Assembly: GCA_964016885.1 (NCBI GenBank)
Contig: OZ024741.1
Span: 361,646,001-361,710,000, forward strand
Length of the DNA stretch: 64,000 bases
DNA from: Eledone cirrhosa
Taxonomy: Eukaryota
Reading direction: 5' to 3'
Shown here: piece after piece, positions 1 to 40,200 of the stretch
Layout: each line of letters begins with the position of its first letter
Numbering within the stretch: the first letter of the stretch is position 1
Position numbers and translations under genes: made by a program
The notes under the pieces: model-generated
The model's input: the letters and a program-made list of their open reading frames with translations, nothing else
Database searches by the model: none
Told to the model about the DNA's origin: nothing

Positions 1-181
1 GAGTGCATGACCAAAGTAATAGTGGGTGCCTAATGATGATGAATTTCAGAGTTTGGCCCCAAATCCAATGTGTGAACATAAAGAATTGGTAACAACAGGA
101 TACCTTTCAAGATGTTATATCACTTCTTAGTAATGGTATTTGTGTTTTCTTTAATGTATATTTTCCTCTTGATTTTACCAG

Positions 182-27744
<27,563 letters not shown>

Positions 27745-28088
27745 GAAGAAGGGAACATACAATGTGGCATGTAACAGACATTTCTATACAATGCAGTCCT
27801 AATTTCCTTGTGAACAGTGTAAAACTATTACAGTTTCACTGATTATTTAGCAATTCTACTAAAGACTGAAATATTGTTGCTGGATATAAAACTATTCTTT
27901 CAAAGTCTTCAACACTAATTGAGCCAGTCAGTTGAATTAATTGAGGATGGGATTTCAAACAGAAAATCAGGACGTCTTAAGGTTGTGGCCAAAATAATTT
28001 AATTTCAAGTGGACCAGATTGTAATTATATTCACAAATAACTTCAATATTGTTTTTTTCCTCTTATCTTTAATGAAAAATTAAACAAA

Positions 28089-28094
28089 AATAAA
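28089..28094 (+). promoter_or_regulatory. Candidate polyadenylation signal of CLASRP
   Basis: AATAAA ~345 nt after the stop codon, followed by a GT/T-rich tract (gagtttgttttttt). Confidence 0.4.
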
Positions 28095-29079
28095 AACAGT
28101 TTCACTGAGTTTGTTTTTTTATTTAATGTGACCCAATGACCTGAGGTGCAGGACAACTCACCACTTGGCCAAATGTTCAAATCTTAACCTTTTTTTAATT
28201 TTTTTTACCACAAATGAATTGAGAGAAAAACTGGTCATAAGAGGAATTGAATATTGAGTGCAAGAGAAGACTGCACTTAAACAAATATGAAATGAGGAAG
28301 AACCAAGGAATACATCGGCAGTAGTTGTGGAAGCTGATCTAAGGAGGTTGAACCTCACAAATGGGGAGATGCTGTTTTGGAGAGGATCTGTCCATCCCAT
28401 GCAAACATGAAAAACATATTTTGTGATGGTGATGATGATTATGAATGATAAGGATGATGATGTTAGTCATAAGATAATGACTGTATTCATGACATATATT
28501 GTGTTGTGACTGTGAACAAGGCCAATAGCACTACTGATTGAGATTGTTTATATATATTGAAATATTTTTTACATGGTACCTGGCTATTATTTTTTTGTTG
28601 GGGTGGAGGGTATATCTGCCATAGCCTCCACATCTCTGCAGCCCCTGTAGATACACTATGACTGATAAGAAGGTCATGTATAAGATGTCTTTGGTCAGAG
28701 ATCTGTGGGATTAATGTTTTCATTACCATATTTCTAATGACATACACTATATTTCAAATAATTAATGAAGAACTTGGCAGGATTAATTAAAATTATTAGT
28801 TGTTTCATTATTAAGAAGGTCACTCACTCCCTCACTTCAAAACTATCCCCAGGACCCATCACTTAAATCCCTGATTCCCCCTTCCTTGGTCAAACCATGC
28901 CAACATAGAAAGGATACCCCCCTTCATCCCAATGTGCCACCAGACATCACACTAAAGCCATCTCTGTCTTTCACCTTTAGCAAGGAAAATGTAGGCTCTC
29001 TGCTCTTGGACCCATTGATGCTTTCCTAATCAAGCCAAAGACATCACAACTTCTCTCTCTCTCTCTTTCATCCTCTTCA

Positions 29080-29852
29080 ACTGTCTCCAATTGATGCAGC
29101 TGGATCCCCATGTGAGACCAGCCAAGCTCATGGATGTTATCTAACCATCTCGCTTGGGTTCTCCTGCAGGTTGGTTTTGCCCTTAAATCTGACTGACGAT
29201 TTTTTCCCCCCCCCGAGACATTCTAACCATATGTCCATAGTTATCAGAACTGTGATCTCTCAATTCACAAAAGTAGCAACTCCCTGATCGCCAAGTTACA
29301 CACTCTTTTGAGTAACGTTACTCCAAAGACCCTTCGGAGTAACCACCTGTATTCGCGATCATATTCTTTCGGTCATTGTCCATTCAATTTGGGTATCGAA
29401 CTCCAACAAGGATGCAGACTGTCACCTCCCCTGTTCATGAACAGGATTAGCAGCAGCAGCCAGGTTGGAAGGGATATCAAGACTGGTGGGTGTAGGATCA
29501 GCCGGCTGGAATCTGCAGACATGGTACTACTTGTAGGATTTCTACCAAGTACTGCAGGAAAAAAATCAGTGCTGCAAACTTGAGACACTCGTCCTTTTAA
29601 GGAAGCCTGTGCATTGTGCAGTGCACTCTACATGTGAGTGGATTTTCATAGAAGCAGGTGGAGAAGTTCAAGTATCTTGAGGTCATTTTCACATTTGATG
29701 GAAAGCAGGAGTCTGATTTAAGTGCAAGGATTGCAGAGCCTGTGCAGTAATGCACCATCTTCAGAGAAACGAAATATATGTAAAAGCCTAACTCATTATC
29801 TTCAATTCAGTGTTTGTGCCAACCCTTACCTATGGTCATACATCTTGGTAAT
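29080..29852 (-). mobile_element. RTE LINE family A fragment with inverted 5' portion
   Basis: 29080-29377 is the minus-strand 3' part; 29380-29852 is the plus-strand upstream part (PFN.G..LQQGC..FKYL..PTLTYGH). Confidence 0.85.
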
Positions 29853-30589
29853 CTTGATCGAACTGAACAGCTTGCTCATGAAATTAATGTGCTAGTAGCT
29901 GATCATTTCCCAGCCACATGTACCCTTAACTTTCTGGAGGCTGAATTTTTTCCTTGATAATGTATCATGGGGAGATTACTCTATTGGTGCATTCAGTCGG
30001 CTGCAGTACCAAGAGGATTAATGTAGTTTTCAAGAAGATTCAGGGTATGACAAGGCTAGTCCTTTGAATTACAAGTATAACTCACTTTTGCCAGCTGAAT
30101 GGACTGGGACAATGTGAAATAAAGTAAGTATCTTGCTCAAGGACATAATTCACCCCAGGAATTGAACTCACTACTTACGATTGGGAGCTGAACAGCCTAA
30201 CCATTAAGTAAGCAGTATTAGAAAAATAAAATCATTCTAATTAATTACTCCAAGATATCTACATGAAAAATAATAGTTATCACCTTTGTTACCATATTTC
30301 TAATGAGAGACTCAACCTATAAATTTCAATTACTTTTGAAAAAAGCTGCCTTAAAAAGTATTGCTCAACCAATGCAAGCATGGACAAATGAACATAAAAA
30401 AGATGATGATGATGACAGTCATACACACACGTTTGTGACCTAAAATACTATACATTCACATTTGTTTCTGACCTGAAATACCACATAAGTACACATGCAT
30501 TATTGATCTAAAATATCACACACGCAATTACACATATATTTCTGATCTATAATATCCCAGATATATTGACCCACACACTTTTTCACCCA

Positions 30590-31265
30590 CTTAGAGGATT
30601 GTGGGAGAAGAGTCCTCAAACACTCCTTCCAGTAGGTCCTGTCAGAAGCAACAGTCTCAAGCTGATCTGACTGGATCCCCAAGCGAGACCAGCCAAGCTC
30701 AAGGATGTTATCCAACCATCTTGCTCGGGGTCTACACCTGGGTCCCCTGCCAGTTAGTTTTGCCTGTAAAATCTGTCCAGTGATTCTTTCCTGAGACATT
30801 CTAACCACATCCCCATAGTATTGGAGCTGTAATCTCTCAATTCGGAGAAGTAGCAGCTCTATCTGGAGTGACTCTCTGATCTTCAAGTTATACACTCTAT
30901 CGAGTAACGTTACTCCAAAGACCATTTCAGCTGCTTGTATTCGCAATCATATTCTTTCGATCATTACCCAAGATTCATGACTATAGGGAAGGGTTGGCAC
31001 AAATACCGAATTGAAGATAGCGAGTTTGGTTTCTATGCCTACCTCCCATCTTCTGATTACTGAATCCTGAAGCTGATGCATTACTGCACCAGTTCCTGCA
31101 ATTCTTGCACTTAATTCAGTCTCCTGCCTTCCATCACTTGTGAACATGGCCCTGAAATACTTGAACTTGCTTCAGTGGAACTCCAATCACATTTAGAGTG
31201 CACTGCGCAGGCTTCCCTGAGCAGATGAGTGTTTCAGTTTTGCAGCACTGATTTTCATTCCAGCC
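30590..31265 (-). mobile_element. RTE LINE family A, 3' fragment
   Basis: ORFs 30947-31147 and 30500-30946 (FNSVFVPTL..HESWVM, RLQLQYYG.V.RM, GRGPRCRPRARW). Confidence 0.9.
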
Positions 31266-31939
31266 ATTCTTGGCAGAGTTGTTCTGCTAGAGAATAGGTG
31301 GCAGATAGTGATACAGCTACCAGATGTGGTGACTAGTTGAGATATAAGCGGACAACTGCTGGATGAATAAGCAATCCTGGACCAACAGTAGTAAACTACT
31401 AGGGGAGATGGACTAATGGGTGACACCTGTAGCTCCCAAGAAAACTCTCAACTCAGTGATGTAGCTACAATGAGGTGAGTAAAGGTTGACTTTAAAAAAG
31501 CCTAGTGCTCATGGGTTTGACAAAGTACCAAATTGGTGACTGGCGTAAATAAGACCACTGAACTGAAACTGCAATATAATGAGGAAAACAAAGAAGAACC
31601 ATACAACATCGTCCTTCATGCAGGTTAGCAAGGGACGCGTTCAGGCCTTAGGTAGAGGGGCCTGTTTGAAAAATATATTGCAGTCCCCATTTCATTTCAA
31701 CCCACACACATTGCTTTTAAATATTATGCACACACACACACACACACACATCACTTACCTAAAACACTACACATTAATCCAAAATACCTTTTACACTCAT
31801 GTACTCACACACTTACAGACACATGTTCTTACACAAACATCATTGAACACTTGTTAAGCACTCGAATAGCTAAACTAATTATTGTAATTATTATTGGGAG
31901 CAGTAGATTAAAAGCTCCATTGAATGGAAGCTAGACATG

Positions 31940-32072
31940 AGATGAATTGGAGATAAGGCAGACCTGCCAGGATCTGGCAGACATGGGTCTGACCTGGGGC
32001 CATATGGAATGGAGGTCTCTCATTGACCAATACCTTATAGGGAGTCAAAAGAAGAAAAGAAGAAGAAGAATC
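31940..32072 (+). mobile_element. LINE 3' end with (GAA)n tail
   Basis: DL.DMGLTWG..EWRSLI-like coding remnant followed by gaagaaaagaagaagaagaa. Confidence 0.45.
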
Positions 32073-32144
32073 AAGAACAGTGGGTTACAGCCCTGGGTCT
32101 AAAATACCTCAGTAATTAGTGAGAATCTTGTATGTTCTCAGTTC

Positions 32145-32370
32145 AGGTGCTAGAAGATGAACAAATACCAGGATTGTCCAGCTGCTTCCTCTTTGCATTG
32201 GTTACTGTTAAGACCCCAGGCATACTTGGACCCCATGCTGCTGAGATCCACTGCAAGTTTGGAACATTGGAGGCCCATCTGAGAAAGGAGCCCTGCGAGA
32301 GGTGGGGTGACTGTTGCAGTAGGTGTGGCTGGCCATTGTTTGCAGAAATGCTTTTGCGGTCTTGTCCATG
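32145..32370 (+). mobile_element. Remnant of an RLE-type (CRE-like) non-LTR retrotransposon C-terminus
   Basis: Frame-jumping translation KYQ..FLFALVTVKTPGILGPHA..EP.E..LLQ*VWLAIVCRNAFAVL resembles F.P.AVET.G.WGP.A..L.QRLS.AI.RGNA. Confidence 0.55.
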
Positions 32371-32714
32371 GGGCGCAGCCCAATTACCACTGCGCCCTAG
32401 ACCCAGAGCCCAATATACCTCCACCTCCCCATTCTTCTGTGACACTAGAGCCCTTGCCTTTCCCTCCTTTTTCCTGTTTTTTTAAAAATATCTTCTTATT
32501 TTACATTCCATTCTTTCTTCTCTAAATTTTTCTTTTTATTTTCTATTAAATTGTATTTACAGCCAGAAACACCCCTATTTGAGTTTGCCTTAAAATAGGA
32601 CCCGTCTAACCCATGCTAGCATGGAAGATAGATGTTAATCAATGATGATGATCGATTAAAATGATTAAATGTTAATCGATGATAGAATAAAATTACAGCA
32701 AAGTTGATTTAATT

Positions 32715-35422
32715 CAGGGGTTCCAAAACTTTTTTGCATCATCACCCAATTTCACATGGAAAAATTTCCACCATCCACTTGTAAAGTAAATGTTTAAAAG
32801 CATACTATAAATGATTGGTAAATGTTTGTTACTGGTTCATAAACTGACTTTATGATGTAGGAAAAAAATACCGAAGGGAGATAACAAATAACGTTGACTT
32901 GTGCTGCTGCTACTACCATATTAACCCTTTAGCATTTACATTACTCCACTATTATATTTTCATGGTAAAGGCTTTATCTCATATAATTATCTCATGTAAT
33001 ATGGAACCTACACAATTTTGATGATGTTATTATTCATTTTGAGAACAATACCTTAATGTCTGTATGAGTGGCCGGTTATGGCCAGTTTGAACAGAAAGAG
33101 GTGAGAGAATTCTTGCCGGATATGGCCAGTTTAAATGCTAAAGGGTTAAAGAACAAATGAAAGCAAACTCAACAATTTAAAACTGTATTCTATTAAATTT
33201 CATTAGATGAGGATTTGATGTCACTATACTTTGATGATTCCACAAGCCATGTTAACCGTGAAGCCAATTCTGCATTGCAGCTTCATTGTCATTTTGTAAA
33301 TCTATCAATTATTCTTGCACATTGTCTTCACAATCGATTACTTGGACTTCAAATGGGTTTATGAACCAAACTGGAACAGGCAATGTGATAATATCATGAA
33401 ATCACTGTACCATGTCATCATGCAATGATTGCAAATAATCATTGAAACTGGTAACGTTGATATCTTGAAATGTTCATCTTATATAGTGTTAATTTAGAAA
33501 TGAAGGCAATGATGGATGATTTACAGTTGACAAGCGTGTTTTATCTTCCCTGCAATAGTGTATCGAGGTCATTCAGTTTGGCAAATATGTCGCTAAGGAA
33601 ACATATCACATTTTGAAGCAATCAGTGAAGTAGATAGTGGAGTATTTTGAAGATAAATTATTTCCCACTGAAATCTGTAGAGCTGTCTTTCTATAAATTT
33701 ACCAAAAATTTATTGTTGTATCGAACAGTTTGACAAAACGGACAACATAGTTACCTTTTGATAACCATCGTATTTCATTATGGTACAAAAGCCTCACATT
33801 GTCATCATCATTATCAAGACACAGTTGAAAGATTAGTTCAGACAAAGAATTTGATTTTAGCTTATTCACAGTTTCAATAACTAACTGTAGTACATCACTA
33901 AGCTTGCCATTCATATTTTTTTCCAGTGAACTGTGAAAACAGGATGCGAAAGTTCAATTTTTAAGAGAGAAGAAAAACCTTTGTATCTACTTACAAAGCT
34001 GACACTCCATCAGATGCACAGGCAACAATATTGTTCAATGTTCATTATAAAATAACTTCAATAAATCTGAAATAGACATGCCTTTTGAGTCAAGCAACAA
34101 TTGATCAGTGAACATCATCTCATCACAAGGTTTCATAAAAAAACGAACATACTCCATCATCAAACATTGACTTCTCACAACTGTTGATTTGTCAACTTGC
34201 ATGGAAAATTAACAAATCTGGAGATTATAGATGAGTTGATATTTGATGTTGGTGGCTATTTCATCTATATGTGGAGAAATTGTGTTATTACTAAGTGGAA
34301 TTGTCTTCATAATTGTGTCAGGCTTTTTATGTATTACAGTTGACAGAACTTCTTCAATATTACATCAAAGTAATGTTTCTCCTATCGTGTGGAACTCACT
34401 GGCTTTTGTGACCAGTAACACAAGATCAACATTTTCCACTTTCCAAATGAGGTCTAAGTTGTAAGAAATATGACAAAGGTTTTTCCTTCCTGTCAGTATG
34501 CTTAGAATATAAATTATACTTTAAGAGTGGCAGTTTCATGGCTTTGTTCCTTAGAGTTTGGTTGTATATAAGATACAGCTAATTGAATGCTCTGATGAGA
34601 AGCGACAAATCGATAAGATAAATTATTATTGCTGTATTGATGACAAATTTCCTTAAATGGAGGCATTGGGGTGTTTAAAAATCGCACAATAGACAGAGAA
34701 ATTATAGGAACAATAGATAATTGAATTTTCGTTCACCAACGAAGTTCGTTTTCAATAATCCACAAACAAGAGAACACAAGAAGATTGCAATCAGTTGGTA
34801 ATCAATACAATCCAACAACTTCAAGTGGCTGTCTGTTTATATGAGTATGTGCATTAAGCTATGAACAGGTCCCATTTTAGGATTCTCATATTTTGTCTGG
34901 CATTGTTGTCCACACCTTCTCATTTAACACCTGACATCAGAGTTCTTAGAGATCATCACCTGTGTTAATTTTATGTGTGATCTCTCTATACTGCCAACAA
35001 TGACAAGTTTATCCTGAAGTCACTTCTTAATTTTAATGGCAAAGTTGTTCTCGATCTTACCAAATCTGATTTATATTCGAAAAAAGAAAATGTTATTTCG
35101 TCCAAAGAATTATTTGAATATCAATGACCTTTCTCAAAACTATAGGAAATACCAAAATGTTCCTTGTTTAAGGGGATGTTTATATTCTATTTAGGAATGT
35201 GGCCCAGTTATTCCCATTCAATCTCTTGTATTTTTTTTATGCAGGTTCTTTGCATATCTTTTTTCAGGTAGGATTTATTGAAATACCTTCTTAATACTCA
35301 AAATCCTATATCACCCACCAAAATTTCCAATTGATCACCATTTTCTCTTCAGTTGCTCATTGTTCACCCAAACGTTGAAATTGGCCACTAGCAGGTGATA
35401 TCGTCCAGGTTGGGAGACCCTG
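32715..35422 (-). mobile_element. hAT (Buster/Charlie, ZBED5-like) transposon with decayed transposase
   Basis: Ends caggggttccaaaact and aggttgggagaccctg; perfect 8-bp TSD ATTTAATT (32707-32714, 35423-35430); minus-strand LLYHNEIRWLSKG and BED-like N-terminus (HQYS..NKAMK) near 34650. Confidence 0.9.
32921..33149. mobile_element. piggyBac-like MITE, unexpanded copy 2, nested in the hAT
   Basis: TTAA|ccctttagcattta...taaatgctaaaggg|TTAA perfect TIR. Confidence 0.9.
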
Positions 35423-36091
35423 ATTTAATTGATTAATCTCCTCCCTGCCAAAATCTCTGACCTTATGCTTATGGAAAAAATTATTATTATTAAGGGCTAG
35501 TTCATAGCTGAGTACAACTTTGCTTTTCATACTTCAAGGTCAATATAGTAAAGTTCGGTACTGGGTCCAGTCCAGTACTGGGGTCAATTTAATTGCCTTT
35601 CTTCACCTTTCAGATTGCTGGCCTTATGCCTAAAACTAGAAATAATTATTATTAAGGATGATGGATAGGCAGGATCATAAGAGCACTGGACAAAATGCCT
35701 TGCTATATTTGTTTTGAGTTGAAATCCTGCTGAAGCCAATTCCAGGCTTGAAGAACCAGTTAAGTACTGGGTTCATTTCAATCGATTAACCCCTTCACTT
35801 CAAATTTCTGGCCTTGTGTTAGAAATCATTATTATTATTATTAGATCAATGGACAGGAGAGTGAATTAAGTCATTAGTGTGTCAGGCAAAATGCCTTATA
35901 ATATTTTATTATGTCTCTTTACGGTCTGAGTTCAAATTCTATCGAGGTCAACTTTCCCTTTCATCTTTCTGGGTTGATAATATGAAGTAGTAGGCCTATG
36001 TTTATATATATATATCAGATAGGGTGTGGTAAAATACCAGGTGGACCATAACCCACCAGATTAATTGATACTTGGGGTAGTAGAGTGGGTA

Positions 36092-36212
36092 ATATGAAAA
36101 GATTCAGGACTCCGATGGCTGAACTCCGGACGTTTCGACAGCTAGATCCAAACGGTTCTGATCTAGCTGACGAAATGGCCGGTGCTCAGCCGTCGGAGTC
36201 CTGACTCTTTTC

Positions 36213-36216
<4 letters not shown>
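36092..36216. repeat. Long imperfect inverted repeat (~57-bp arms, 11-nt loop)
   Basis: atatgaaaagattcaggactccgatggctga..cagctagatc / gatctagctg..tcagccgtcggagtcctgactcttttcatat. Confidence 0.9.
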
Positions 36217-36253
<37 letters not shown>

Positions 36254-36265
36254 TATATATATATA

Positions 36266-37211
36266 TCATCATCATCATCATTTTATGTCCGCTTTTCCCT
36301 GCTTGCAAGGGTGGGACGGGTCCTATTCAGCACAGCATCTCTCCACTTGGCAGTATAGAGAGATCAAACACACTTGTCACGTCATCTCCTCTGTGAGCTT
36401 CAGCGATCTGAAGTTCACTCTCACCACCTCCGCCCATGTTTTTCGTGGTCTTACTTGATTGCGTCTACCTTCTACTGGGATTTCTTGGCACTTTGTTACC
36501 CAGCGGTCATCCTCCATGCGCATCACATGTCCATACCACCGCAGTTTTCTCTCCCGCACACTACAACTTATCCCTCTTATACACAGTTTCTCTCTCAACT
36601 CATCTATGCTTGGTCGTTCACGCACATTGACATTACACATCCACTGGAGCATGCTTACTTCATTTCTTTCCAGCTGTCACCTATCCTCTGCAGTTTCTGC
36701 CCATATTTCCCTACCATGCAGCATCGCGCATCTCACACAGGTATCATATAACCGGCCTTTCGTACGCAGGGAGAAACCCTTCTTTGTCAACAGAGGAAGC
36801 AGCTCCCTAAACTTCTTCTAACCCGTCCTTATTCTAGATACTATGGCCTCGGACCCCCCCCCCTCTTCCATGCTAATCTGATCTCCTAGGTACCGGAAGC
36901 TATCAACCACTTCTATAGAATCTACCTGCATTTGAAAAATGTGTCTATCATTGCGACTCCTACTGTCAAATTTCCCTGTATATCTACTGCATATGTAGTT
37001 TTCCTTACCTGTTAGTTTGCCTGCTATCCCACTACATCTCTTGTGTACCCAGGATCTGCACTGGGTGCATTCTATAGAATTTATGCCAGTTCCTTTTCTA
37101 CATATCGAACATGGCCATTTCCCTGACAGAATCAGAGTTTTGTCCTCTTTTCTACTTATCAACACTTTTGTCTTAGCTTGGTTCCAGCTTGATTCCAACT
37201 GCTGTTTCCAT
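36266..37211 (-). mobile_element. RTE LINE family B, 5'-truncated, with (GAT)n tail
   Basis: KTKVL..WPCSIC..HKRC..DSFRYLGDQI, ERKLRWYGHVMRM, RPRKTW; tail ...gcggacataaaatgatgatgatg. Confidence 0.92.
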
Positions 37212-40200
37212 ATCATCATCATCATCATCATCGTTTAACATCCATCTTCCACGCTAGCATGGGTTTGGACGGGAATTTTCCCACTTGAGGCAAGATTGGT
37301 TGTCTTGCTTGTATAGGACTGTCTGGCGGATTTTCTACGGCTGGATGCCCTTCCTAACACCAACCATGTTTACAGTGTGGACTGGGAGGTTTTTACCGTG
37401 TTACCTACACGGCCACATTACAGCGTGGACTGTGTGTTTTTTTGTCGTGACACCTGCACGACCTCATTTATTTAGGACTGGATGTTGTGGTACCAACATA
37501 ACTTTACATTGAAAGGGGGTGGTGTGGATGGGGTGGGGGTATATTTTGGTAAGAGGTGCCTACTGACTGTAGGTTTCGCTTTGCACTTAGGCAAGGTGGG
37601 TCTTCTGTATTACTGCGTAGCGCCAAAGATTTCAGTCCAGTGACATTGTCTTGGAGAGGTGTAAGTGTGTGAGGTCGGAATTTATCAAGTCGTCCCAGGT
37701 TTTTCTGGGTCTGCCTAATCCGTGGCTACCGACTATTTTTATTGCCCTGCTCTTTTTTATACAGCTGTCGTCTTTCATGCGCATCACGTGACCATACCAA
37801 CGTAGTCTTCTCTCGAGTAAACAGCATCTGATCCGTCTTATTCCTAATTTCTCACTTAGTTCATTTATGCTTTGCCGTTCACGTATATTACACATCCAAC
37901 GGAGCATGCAAGCTTCGTTCCTCTCCAGTCTGCATAGATCCTCTGCACACAATGCCCAAGTCTCACTGCCATGTAACATTGCTGTTCGTATGCAGGCATC
38001 ATACAGCCTGCCTTTCATTTTTAGAGAGAAACCTTTAGCGGCCAATAGTGGTATAAGCTCTCTGAACTTTTTCCATTCTGTTCTGACTCTAGCTACTGTA
38101 CTTTCGGAGCACCCTCCACCACTGCTGATTTTGTCGCCCAGGTAACGGAAGGTGTCCACTATTTCTATAGAACCATCTGTGCAATGGAATGGGTTAGTAT
38201 TCTGTGGGCACTTGCTGCTACTTATTGCACCTGAGCACCGGCCACATATAAAATCTATATTCTTAGTTAGCTTACCTGTGATCCCACTACATCTTTTATG
38301 CACCCATACTTTGCATTTGGGACATAAAATGGAGTTTCTGCCTACTCCTTTCCTACACACTGAGCATGGCCATTTCCCGGATGGGACTGGTGCCCTATTT
38401 TCCTTCCTACATACTATAACTTTAGTCTTAGACAAGTTAACTTTAAGGCCATTTGATTCTAGGCCATGCTTGGAATTTCTTCTCTAGTTCAGCCATTGAT
38501 TCAGCTATGAGCATTAGATCATCTGCGTATAGGAGTTCCCATGGGCAGCCGATCTTGAACTCCTCTGTTATAGCCTGAAGGGCAATAATAAGATGGAGCC
38601 CTGATGAACACCAACTTTTATGCTAAACTCTTCACTATATTCATTGTTAATTCTAACCTTGCTGACTGTTTCTTTATACATGGCTTGTATAGCTCTCACA
38701 AGCCATTCATCAACACCTAGTTTTCTGAGAGCCCACCAGATAATGGGGCGTGGGATTCTGTCAAAGGCTTTCTCCAAGTCAACAAAAGCTAAGTATAGGG
38801 GTTTACTTTTAGCTAGGTACTTCTCCTGTAGTTGTCGTACAATGAAAAGAGCGTCTGTGGTACTTTTGCCTGACACAAAACCGAACTGCATTTCATCTAG
38901 ATCAATTCTCTCTCTGGTTAGTTGCGCTATTACTTTTTCTGTGACCTTCATGACCTGGTCAATTAATTTAATGCGTCTATAGTTTCCCCTATCTAGGGCA
39001 TCTTCTTTACCCTTGTAGTAGTTAATGATGATGCTGCTATTCCAGTCCTTCGGTACGACCCCATTCTGTATGACTTGGTTTACTATCCGGGTGACCATAG
39101 TGTGTCCCACCCTTCCAGATGCTTTCAGCATTTCAGCAACTATTTCCGAAGGCCCAGCCGCCTTACCCGTCTTCATATCTTTGATTGCCTTACTTATTAT
39201 ACTACCTTCAACTTGCACTGCTGGTCCCTCTATTGGATTGATGTGGGGGAGACTGTCTTTCTCCCATTTATTCTCCTCATTTAGTAGCCTTTCCTAGTGA
39301 CACTTTCAAGCTACCTTCTTATCAGCGTCAGTGATGGCAAGTGCACCATCATCATTAAGGACACACTTCTCCCCGACAATATCACGTTGCCTAACAATCC
39401 TCACACATTGCCTAACAATGCTGAACACCTCACGTTTTTGGTCCTCGTGTTGTAGAACATGCTTGAACTTTCTTTCCTTTGCTTCCCTTCTTGCGAAGTA
39501 CACTTGTCTTCTAGCTTCCCTCCTGGCCACTTGCTAGTCTTCTCTACTTCCCCCATCCCACCATACTTTCCAAGCCTGCTTTTTGGCCTTGATTGACTCC
39601 TCCACCTTACTATTCCACCACCACGTTACTCTCTTCCTGTCTATAGGTCTGCTCTAGCCACAGGCTTCATCTGTCACCTTCAGCAGGTTAGCTTCAGGAA
39701 TTCCCACTGTTCCTCTATATTGTACGACTCTAATTGCTCTTCCTTACTGTCGAAAGCATCAAGTAATATGCTTTTAAATTTATTACTGGCTGAGGATAGT
39801 CCTCCTCTGTTGTCGAGTACGTCTTGTCCTGATTATGAGGTCACTAACTATGAGTCTATGTTGGGAGGTGCATTCTTCATGGGGGAGGGATTTAGTGTTT
39901 ACAACAGACACTCTGTCACGTCTTCTGGTAAGGATATAATCTATCTGACTGGCGTGTTCCCCTGATCTATAGGTGATCAAGTGATTGTCTCCTTTTTTGA
40001 AGTTAGTGTTACAGATAGTTAGGTTATTTGCATCACAGAATTCCAGGATTCTGGAGCCTTCCTCATTTCTAGTACCAAACCCATAGCCTCCATGGATTCC
40101 GTCATAGCCATCACAATGTTGTCCAACGTGACCATTTAGGTCGCCAGCAATAATTATGTAGTCATTGTCGGTTATTTGGGAGGTAGTGAGCATTAATGAC

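Noticed and set aside
36120-36180. Intact hammerhead ribozyme
   Set aside because: CTGANGA and GAAA are not arranged around a stem II on the same strand
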